Made by a program: the position numbers and the translations under genes. From positions 1 through 56,408 of the forward strand of contig PFOR01000013.1 of NCBI GenBank assembly GCA_002792635.1: 56,408 nucleotides of DNA. The letters run 5' to 3'. How positions within the stretch are numbered: the stretch's first letter is position 1; every line of letters starts with the position of its first letter. The notes below the pieces were generated by a model. That model ran no database searches, was not told the origin of the DNA, and worked only from the letters and a program-made list of their open reading frames with translations. The DNA is from Candidatus Pacearchaeota archaeon CG_4_10_14_0_2_um_filter_35_33 (GTDB taxonomy: Archaea; Nanobdellota; Nanobdellia; Pacearchaeales; GW2011-AR1). This document shows positions 9,418-17,106 of this stretch, piece after piece.

Positions 9418-10095
9418 TTAACCGAAAACCCTAAACACAAAAAACAGATAATAAATTGAGATTCCAAGCATTATCAATCCGGAGATTAGGTTTATCTTTC
9501 TCTTGTTTTTCGTTAAAAAACCAATAATCTTTTTACTCCATTGTCCAGAGGTTATGCTTAATACCAATAGCGGAAATCCGAGACCTACCCCAAAGGAGAG
9601 GAAATTAAACATGCTGGAGAAGAAATCTCCAAATAAAAGCGCTCTTGCAAAAAATGCGGCGATAAACGCGGGATTGCAGGGAAGAACAATCGCTCCAAAA
9701 AAGAAACCAAAAACAAAGGCGCTTTTTAGAGGACTTTTATCTTCTGTCTGAACATTTGATTTGGGAATAAATCTTGAAAAATCAAAGTCAAATATCAAAG
9801 CCAAGCTTATAACTCCTAAAATTCCAAATGCAATTGGAGAAACTATTCCTATAACGCTAGTAAGTGACTTTTGTAACAAGGTTGTGAAAACAACGCCTAA
9901 TGAAATCATAAAAATAATTATTCCTGTCAGAATTACCAAACCAAAAAGGAAAAAAGTTTTTCTGCTTTCTCTCCCTGAAAATCTATTTGATAAAAATGCA
10001 AGAAATCCCGGATAAAGAGGAAGAACACAAACGGCTGTCAGAGGAGTCAATAAACCAAGAACAAAAGAACTTAAGATATCTAAAAGTAAGGACAT
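9418..10095 (-). CDS. ccdA: Cytochrome c biogenesis/thiol-disulfide transporter CcdA (DsbD-like) family
   Basis: Six TM helices. TPLTAVCVLPLYPGFLAFL and GAIVLPCNPAFI conserved Cys motifs. Confidence 0.8.
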   Translation of the reverse strand: MSLLLDILSSFVLGLLTPLTAVCVLPLYPGFLAFLSNRFSGRESRKTFFLFGLVILTGIIIFMISLGVVFTTLLQKSLTSVIGIVSPIAFGILGVISLALIFDFDFSRFIPKSNVQTEDKSPLKSAFVFGFFFGAIVLPCNPAFIAAFFARALLFGDFFSSMFNFLSFGVGLGFPLLVLSITSGQWSKKIIGFLTKNKRKINLISGLIMLGISIYYLFFVFRVFG

Positions 10096-10096
10096 T

Positions 10097-10654
10097 TTAA
10101 CATCCTCTTTCTAATTCTTCTTTTAACTCTTTAACATTTCTTGAGCCATAACCTCCAAGTTTCCTGTAACTTCCATCTTCACAAATAAGAACAACTGGAG
10201 CACTCGGAGCATTTATTATACCATTTCCAAAGTCGGACATTAGTGACTGCGTCATTTGAATTGGCGAAATAGCATAATACCATTCAAATCCATTCTCATT
10301 AATATGAGTCAATATCTTAGCTTCATCTTCATTCTGGTCCGTGTCTAAAGAAATTGAAACAATAGAATCTCCAAACTCTTCATGAAGTTTTTTCAGTTCT
10401 TTTTGTTGTTTTGTGCAAGTCGGACACCAAACGGCAAAGCTTTCTAACAAAACCGGCTTTCCTTCAAAATCACTTATTTTAAAATTTTCTCCTGTTCTCA
10501 CATCTTCCAGTTTGGTATTCATCCAAGATACCCCTCTTTTGTTCTCGCTTGTTAAATTTTCCGGCTGAATTAGATTGCCTGAAAGGAAAATTACTCCAAC
10601 AACCACAATCACGAAAATTACAACCCAAAGCCAAATATTATTTTTTATTTTCAT
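10097..10654 (-). CDS. Membrane-anchored thioredoxin-like protein (TlpA/ResA-like)
   Basis: Signal anchor plus FAVWCPTCTKQQKEL CxxC thioredoxin motif. 1-nt gap to ccdA. Confidence 0.8.
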   Translation of the reverse strand: MKIKNNIWLWVVIFVIVVVGVIFLSGNLIQPENLTSENKRGVSWMNTKLEDVRTGENFKISDFEGKPVLLESFAVWCPTCTKQQKELKKLHEEFGDSIVSISLDTDQNEDEAKILTHINENGFEWYYAISPIQMTQSLMSDFGNGIINAPSAPVVLICEDGSYRKLGGYGSRNVKELKEELERGC

Positions 10655-10738
10655 GGCAACCTAAATAAACGCTCTTTTATAAAACTTGAGAGAACTAAGT
10701 TAACTAAACTTTTATACATCCTACAATCAAATAATGTA

Positions 10739-10853
10739 TTAAAACTCCGAGAATCCTTTGACTACCCCCTGCTTTAGTTCGGCGTGTGCAATTGGTTCTC
10801 GGCAGTGCTCAAGAGCCAGAAACGCCATACACTTTAGTATATAGTTCTTGACA
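10739..10853 (+). repeat. Copy 2 of the 114-nt direct repeat
   Basis: Same orientation as 7957..8071. Followed only by a 14-codon ORF. Confidence 0.95.
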
Positions 10854-11315
10854 AATGAGAGAAATTTTTTTAGACAGCACATTGAAATTAACGACCTAAC
10901 TATAAATTGGAAATTATCAAAGAAAATCAAATTAAGTCGAACTCCACGCAATTGCATATTTTTATCTGTATCAAAAAAAAGAAATCTTCCAACCGCCGTA
11001 TAACACTTGTTTTATTGGAAGTTGAAAAATCTCTTGTAAGGGCAACTCTCAATCGTTAAAAGGGTATTCCTGTCAGGGTGGTTTAACAAGCCATCCTCCA
11101 TTCCACCCACAGTTCAAACTCACCAATCTCAGGCACCTCATTTTTAGCCATGTCTTTGAGAGAACCATTACTATCTGACTTACTAACGTCCAATGTATCA
11201 AAAAGCGACCTCTAACAGAATAATCCCTCGGCTTTCTTTTACTTATAAAAAACAGCCCAAATCCATTATTTAAACCTTCACAAAAATCTTTAAACATAAT
11301 TTTCCTAGAACCAAT

Positions 11316-13646
11316 ATGAAATTACACAAGGGTTTTATAGTTTCCATTTCAACAAAAACCAATTATGATTCTACTTACATCCAGTTATTTGGAAAGCTCG
11401 AAAATGGAAAATCCTTCTCATCAATTCACCCATATACCCCTTATTTTTTCATACAAGAGTCCAACCTAAAAAAAGCATCCATTTTACTAAAAAAATTCAA
11501 ATCAGAAAAAACAGAATTAACAAACTTCCAAGGGAAAAAAGTAGTAAAAATAATTTCCGAAAAACATCTTGATTTAGCAAAACTCTCTCACGCTTTACAT
11601 AAAAAGGATATTGAGACTTATGAGGCAGACTTAAATCCAACAATCAAATTCATAATAGATAATAATCTTCTAGGCTCAATAGAAATATCTGGAGAATCAG
11701 AACCGACAGAAAGAGTAGACCTATTTTTTGAGAATCCTGAAATAAAACCCTCAACGTATAAACCTGAACTAAAAATAGCTTCCATAGATATAGAAACAGA
11801 CAAAAAACAAAATTCACTATATTGTATTGGGATACACTCAAAAAATTATAAGAAAAACTTTATCGTTTCAAAAGAAAAGCTACCTAATGCCATTTCTTGC
11901 AAAACAGAAGAAGAATGCTTATCAAAATTCAAAGAAGAATTAATTTCACTAGATCCAGATATAATAACTGGATGGCACGTAATCGATTTCGACTTAGCTT
12001 TCCTTAAAAAGAAATTTGAAGAACACAAGATTCCTTTTGATATTGGAAGAACAAATGAATCTGCAAGAATCAAAATAGAATCCAATTTCTTCCGTTCTTC
12101 TTCAGCATCGGTTCCAGGGAGGCAAGTGCTAGATGGATTAAACCTAATTAGGGACCCTTTTATAAAAGAAGCTCCTTCAATAAAAACCAAGAACTTTGAA
12201 TCATATACTCTAGAGAATGTTTCAAGAGAAATATTAGGTGATGGAAAAATAATAAAAGGAAAAGCAAGACATCAGGAAATAGAAAAACTTTATCAAAAAA
12301 ATCAAAAAAAATTGGTTGAATATAATCTGAAAGATTGCGAGCTTGCATATAAAATTCTAGAAAAAACAAAAATAATTGATTTAGCAATAGAAAGAACCCA
12401 TCTAACAGGATTGCCATTCAATAGGCTAACAGCATCAATAGCTGCGTTTGATTCATTGTATATCAGACAAGCAAGAAAAGCAGGACTCGTATCTCCAACT
12501 TCTCATTATAAAGAAAGAACTGAGAGAATAACAGGAGGATACGTCATGGAATCCAAACCTGGAATCTATCACAATGTATTAGTTCTAGATTTTAAATCCC
12601 TATATCCATCAATAATAAAAACATTTAACATAGATCCCTCATCACTATTAGAAAGAAAAACCCCTGGATCAATAGAGACTCCAAACAAAGCATATTTCAT
12701 AAATCAAACAGGCATTTTACCTAAAATAATAGAAACACTCCATACTGCTAGAGAGAAAGCAAAAAAAGAAAACCGAGAATTGTCATCTTATGCTATAAAA
12801 ATAATTATGAACTCCTTCTTCGGAGTTCTTGCAAATCCAAACTGCAGATATTATTCTCTAAAAATGGGAAATGCAATAACTCATTTTGCCCAATTTATCA
12901 TAAAACTTACAGCAAAGAAAATTGAAGAATCTGGATATAAAGTCATATACTCAGACACAGACTCTGTATTTGTAGACACAGGTTTAGGAAAAGAAAAAGC
13001 AAATCAGCTTGGAAAACAAATCCAGGATTATATAAATAAATTCTTTAAAAAATACGTAGAAGAAAACTACCGCAGAGATTCCTATTTAGAACTGGAATTT
13101 GAAAAACAATACCTCTCATTCCTAATACCCAAAGTTAGAGGCTCGGAATCTGGTTCTAAAAAAAGATATGCTGGGCTAATAGAAAAATCAGGCAAAGAGG
13201 AAATACAAGTCATCGGTCTTGAAGCTATAAGGGGAGACTGGACAGAAGTAGCAAAAGAATTCCAATTAAAATTACTAGATAAAATCTTTCATAAAGAAGA
13301 GTTTGTTAGTTTCATAAGAAAATATGTAAGGGATATCAAATCTGGAAAATTTGACGAAAAACTAGTATATAGAAAGTCTATAAGAAAAGCCTTAGATTCT
13401 TACACAAAAACAACGCCTCCTCATGTTAAAGCTGCAAGAAAACTGGATTCTTTAGATTCAAACATAATAGAATATTATATAACAACAAAAGGCCCGGAGC
13501 CAATACAGAAATTAAAAAATAAAATAGATTACAAACATTACATAGATAAACAGATTAAACCTATCGCAAACACAATCCTATTCTTCTTTGAAAAAGATTT
13601 TGAAGAAATCTTAGAATCCACAAAGCAGATGAAGTTATTCCATTAA
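11316..13646 (+). CDS. polB: Family-B DNA polymerase, E. coli Pol II-like
   Basis: SIDIET (Exo I), ITGWHVIDFDLAFL (Exo II), DFKSLYPSII (motif A), KIIMNSFFGVL (motif B), YSDTDSVFV (motif C), GSKKRYAGL, PPHVKAAR. Confidence 0.95.
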   Translation: MKLHKGFIVSISTKTNYDSTYIQLFGKLENGKSFSSIHPYTPYFFIQESNLKKASILLKKFKSEKTELTNFQGKKVVKIISEKHLDLAKLSHALHKKDIETYEADLNPTIKFIIDNNLLGSIEISGESEPTERVDLFFENPEIKPSTYKPELKIASIDIETDKKQNSLYCIGIHSKNYKKNFIVSKEKLPNAISCKTEEECLSKFKEELISLDPDIITGWHVIDFDLAFLKKKFEEHKIPFDIGRTNESARIKIESNFFRSSSASVPGRQVLDGLNLIRDPFIKEAPSIKTKNFESYTLENVSREILGDGKIIKGKARHQEIEKLYQKNQKKLVEYNLKDCELAYKILEKTKIIDLAIERTHLTGLPFNRLTASIAAFDSLYIRQARKAGLVSPTSHYKERTERITGGYVMESKPGIYHNVLVLDFKSLYPSIIKTFNIDPSSLLERKTPGSIETPNKAYFINQTGILPKIIETLHTAREKAKKENRELSSYAIKIIMNSFFGVLANPNCRYYSLKMGNAITHFAQFIIKLTAKKIEESGYKVIYSDTDSVFVDTGLGKEKANQLGKQIQDYINKFFKKYVEENYRRDSYLELEFEKQYLSFLIPKVRGSESGSKKRYAGLIEKSGKEEIQVIGLEAIRGDWTEVAKEFQLKLLDKIFHKEEFVSFIRKYVRDIKSGKFDEKLVYRKSIRKALDSYTKTTPPHVKAARKLDSLDSNIIEYYITTKGPEPIQKLKNKIDYKHYIDKQIKPIANTILFFFEKDFEEILESTKQMKLFH

Positions 13647-14891
13647 CTCTTTCTTTTCCCTATTCTTTTTATATAAGTAATAAGCCAATAATCCTGCAAT
13701 AATCAGCAATATTATTGCAATGGATATCAATAAGGCTCTGTACCAAAGACTAGCAGGAGAAAGCCTGAATGCATTGCTTGAACTAGCCTTCTTATCATTA
13801 TAACTTAATTCCACGTAAAAGAGGTATCTGCCATAATCTAATTCTTTTGGAATCTCAAACTCTCTATCGAGAGACAAAAATCCATTAACTTGTAAATTCT
13901 CACTACCTAAAAAGAATGAATTATCCTCAAAATCCTTAATGAAATAACTAGTATTTACTACAACAGGACCTTGGTTAGAAATATCCGTCATGTTGATATT
14001 AGCAAAAATCTTATCATTCTTCAATAAGATACTAGAATCTAATTCGGAATTAACATCAAAAAGAATTCCTGAATCTAAAACATTAATGATGAGATTAACC
14101 GTTCTCGAAACAGTTCCCGCCTTAAAAGTCACACCTCCTGTATTTATGCCTGGCTGTTGTGAAGAAGGAATATCAAAAATTATATCGAAGGCCCTCTCTG
14201 AACCCGAATCCAGATTGAAGTTGATAGGAGTCACACTAAAGAGATTTGTAGAACCAACAAAGGAAGAACTAATAGCCAAACCAACATCTCCGGTATTCTT
14301 CACCACAAGAGTTTGAGTTAATTCCTGTCCCTGTTTCAAATCGACATCAATCAAATCCCTTGAAACAGTAAAGTTAGCTAACCCTCCATCCCCTCCTCCT
14401 CCGCTCCCACCACCAGAATCACATGCTACTAAAGTCAAATCAATATTCCATTCAACACTAGCTAAATCAAAACCATCAGAAATCTCTACCTTAACTTTTC
14501 TATCTCCTTTAACACCACACCCAAAATTAAAATCGAATTCATCAAATCCACTTCCTAAAAACCCTGTAGTCTTCTTAATATCATTACCGTCGACAAACCA
14601 TTTCACATTCAAAAAATCGCCATCCACATCTTCGAAAGTAACATTAAAGTACAAGTCATCAGTACCCAAAGCATTCAAGGATAAATCACCCGGATTATGT
14701 TCTGTTATAACAGGAGCATTATTATCCTCAACGTTAACAGTTGCGTCAATAGGAGAAAGTCTTTCCCCAGGACTGAACATCATATCACTAGTTTTAGGAA
14801 CTGAAACTAGAACCAGGCTTAATAAAACCAAAACTCCCAATAAAGATATAACTGCAAATAATATATTCTCCTCCCTCATCATCAAGAACAA
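13635..14891 (-). CDS. Surface protein: signal anchor, cadherin/PKD-like module, Gly linker, CARDB-like module, C-terminal TM
   Basis: NAPVITEH..VTFEDVDGDFLNVKW, SGGGSGGGGDGG, VKNTGDVGL, C-terminal ALLISIAIILLIIAGLLAYYLYKK. Last gene of the operon. Confidence 0.6.
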   Translation of the reverse strand: MFLMMREENILFAVISLLGVLVLLSLVLVSVPKTSDMMFSPGERLSPIDATVNVEDNNAPVITEHNPGDLSLNALGTDDLYFNVTFEDVDGDFLNVKWFVDGNDIKKTTGFLGSGFDEFDFNFGCGVKGDRKVKVEISDGFDLASVEWNIDLTLVACDSGGGSGGGGDGGLANFTVSRDLIDVDLKQGQELTQTLVVKNTGDVGLAISSSFVGSTNLFSVTPINFNLDSGSERAFDIIFDIPSSQQPGINTGGVTFKAGTVSRTVNLIINVLDSGILFDVNSELDSSILLKNDKIFANINMTDISNQGPVVVNTSYFIKDFEDNSFFLGSENLQVNGFLSLDREFEIPKELDYGRYLFYVELSYNDKKASSSNAFRLSPASLWYRALLISIAIILLIIAGLLAYYLYKKNREKKELME

Positions 14892-14903
14892 TATACAAAT
14901 TAT

Positions 14904-15527
14904 TTAAACATTCCTTTCTGCAATAGGTGGCTGGCGCAAACTTTCAAAAGCTAAATTAGATCTCCTTCTCCTAACATATACAAAAATAATCAGAATCAAC
15001 ACAACAATCATCAGAGAAATAATCAAATAGGCCAAATTGAAGAAAGTATCTATAGACTCCAATTCACTTTCCTTGCCAACTTCAGCATCGCCCCCCTTCC
15101 TATTAATGCCTATATCCTTTAAACTTTCTCCAGTCAAAACAAAAAAAGAGGTTACATAACTAGGAGAAAGCTGAACTTTTCCTTCCTCTCCAGAATCTAA
15201 AGAATCAGATAATATTTTAACCTCATACTCTGCCTCTGCATTCACCGGAACTTTAATTTCTATCGGGACCATCACAATATCTCCTGTCTTTAATTCAAAT
15301 ATTGTATCTCCCAAAAATCTGGCTATTTCTCGTCCTTCCAAAAAGCTAAGCTCAACTCTACTAGTATCCACAGATGGATTAGTTAATCTCACTTCAAACT
15401 CTTTAATACTGCCAGGTTCAACAACTAAGGGATTATTCTGATTATAAGGACTACTAAAAGAAAAAGATGAGGAGACTAAGCCAATACAAAAAACAAAAAT
15501 AACAAACCACATAAAAATCTTGTTCAT
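14904..15527 (-). CDS. Surface protein with signal peptide and C-terminal TM anchor
   Basis: MNKIFMWFVIFVFCIGLVSS.., Ig/CARDB-like PLVVEPGSIKEFEVRLTNPS, C-terminal LIISLMIVVLILIIFVYVRRRR. Confidence 0.55.
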   Translation of the reverse strand: MNKIFMWFVIFVFCIGLVSSSFSFSSPYNQNNPLVVEPGSIKEFEVRLTNPSVDTSRVELSFLEGREIARFLGDTIFELKTGDIVMVPIEIKVPVNAEAEYEVKILSDSLDSGEEGKVQLSPSYVTSFFVLTGESLKDIGINRKGGDAEVGKESELESIDTFFNLAYLIISLMIVVLILIIFVYVRRRRSNLAFESLRQPPIAERNV

Positions 15528-15557
15528 CTTAATCTAAAATAAATGAACATTAAAAAC

Positions 15558-16070
15558 TTACCTCTTCTTCTTCATAGAAGACAAAACTAACCATATAATC
15601 AAAATCAATACTATAATCCCTATCACCCACCACCAAACACTACTTCCAGCATCAGTCTCATTAGTCGTAACAGTTTGATTATCATCGGGCTGAGCAAGAA
15701 CTTCCATTTCCCAAGAAAGCCTTACACCAGGACTCAATGCAACAGTCTCTCCACCAGCACCCTCTGTACTAACCTTCATAGAAACACTAGCTGTTGAACC
15801 AACAGGTGGAACACTATTCAATTTAGCAGGCACTTTCTTAAATCCACCTGCTTCTATAACATAACTCGTACCCTGTGGAAACGAAACACCCTCATAATCG
15901 CTAATCACAAAACTAGCTGTATCTCCTGGATTCTGTATAGTAACAATAAAATTACCATCTGGATAAACAACCTGTGAATGAGCCACTCCAAACGCACTAA
16001 CAGACCCTGCTAGAGCTACAATAAATCCAAACAGCATCAAAAACTTAATTTCTTTCATCATTTTAAACAA
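15558..16070 (-). CDS. Small surface protein with signal peptide and C-terminal TM anchor
   Basis: FLMLFGFIVALAGSVSAFG signal; C-terminal WWWVIGIIVLILIIWLVLSSMKKKR. Confidence 0.55.
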   Translation of the reverse strand: MFKMMKEIKFLMLFGFIVALAGSVSAFGVAHSQVVYPDGNFIVTIQNPGDTASFVISDYEGVSFPQGTSYVIEAGGFKKVPAKLNSVPPVGSTASVSMKVSTEGAGGETVALSPGVRLSWEMEVLAQPDDNQTVTTNETDAGSSVWWWVIGIIVLILIIWLVLSSMKKKR

Positions 16071-17106
16071 CCAAATCTACCTCCCATTGTGTTCCACCCG
16101 AAGTACTATAAGATGGCGAACTAAATATAAGTCCCGTAGTATCTAACCGCTGCCATATGCAGAAGAACATCTCTTCACCCGGATTAGCCGGAGGGCTTCC
16201 AGCACCATAAGCTAAACTAATGCCTGAGATAATTGAAGGTGAACTATCATTTAATGCAGGACTTGCACAAGAACCACTATTAGAACCCCCGACAGTATCT
16301 CCTGCGCTGAAAGCATCAGCGGGCAAATTATCACCTGTACTATCAGTTGGAGGTAAATCGTAAGCAGTAACTTCCGCCGAACTAAAATCTACATTGCCTT
16401 GGTTAACAAAACCAACAGGACCATCGGCAGCCTGGTCTTCAACATCTAAACTTATAGAAGCCCACCCAACAGCAGGGTCATAGCCAAAAGCGGACAACTC
16501 CTGATAAAGAAAATTAATAGCAGATGAATTAGATTGGTTAGAGGCATCCGCTACTTGAACAGTCAACTCCCAGTTTACTGCAGGTTCATAATAATAGTGC
16601 ATAGGTATAGTACACAAATACTCAACAGTATTAGCATTTTGAGTGTTAGCAGTACAATTACCATCAGAGTAATAATAAGTCGGAGCATAATCATTCCCAG
16701 GATTCCTTAAAGAAACATACAAGTTACAGGTTCCCAGTCCAAATCCGGTCTCATTAGAACATTCAATAATTGCCTTACTTCCACCAGGCAAATCATTAAC
16801 ACCATTGTTATCTTCAACTTTAGCTGAAATCTCAACATTGTTTGCTCCATTAATCACAGGTGTAACATCATTAGTTGTATTGTATATCTTATCTCTAACT
16901 TCAGAAGCAGTGATAGTCGGTGCAGCATTCTGAACATTAACATCCACATTAACTGGAGATTCCCTAGGACTATCAAACGGCCAAATTGCACTACCAACTG
17001 AAATAAACATCACAACAAAAACCAAACCCAAAACAAAATTCTTTTTCACCATTTTCTCCATACTCTGAAAACTTCCACATTTATAAACATTTTTATTCTC
17101 TATCAT
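16063..17106 (-). CDS. Secreted/anchored surface protein with cadherin-like module
   Basis: Signal anchor FVLGLVFVVMFISVGSA. NAAPTITASEV..VEDNNGVNDLPGG module. 4-nt overlap with the upstream giant gene. Confidence 0.55.
   Translation of the reverse strand: MIENKNVYKCGSFQSMEKMVKKNFVLGLVFVVMFISVGSAIWPFDSPRESPVNVDVNVQNAAPTITASEVRDKIYNTTNDVTPVINGANNVEISAKVEDNNGVNDLPGGSKAIIECSNETGFGLGTCNLYVSLRNPGNDYAPTYYYSDGNCTANTQNANTVEYLCTIPMHYYYEPAVNWELTVQVADASNQSNSSAINFLYQELSAFGYDPAVGWASISLDVEDQAADGPVGFVNQGNVDFSSAEVTAYDLPPTDSTGDNLPADAFSAGDTVGGSNSGSCASPALNDSSPSIISGISLAYGAGSPPANPGEEMFFCIWQRLDTTGLIFSSPSYSTSGGTQWEVDLVV

Noticed and set aside
10739-10957. 72-aa minus-strand ORF as a gene
   Set aside because: Only its last 29-37 codons are conserved, because they lie in the repeat. 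The N-terminal part has no counterpart at copy 1 and no promoter-like motif.
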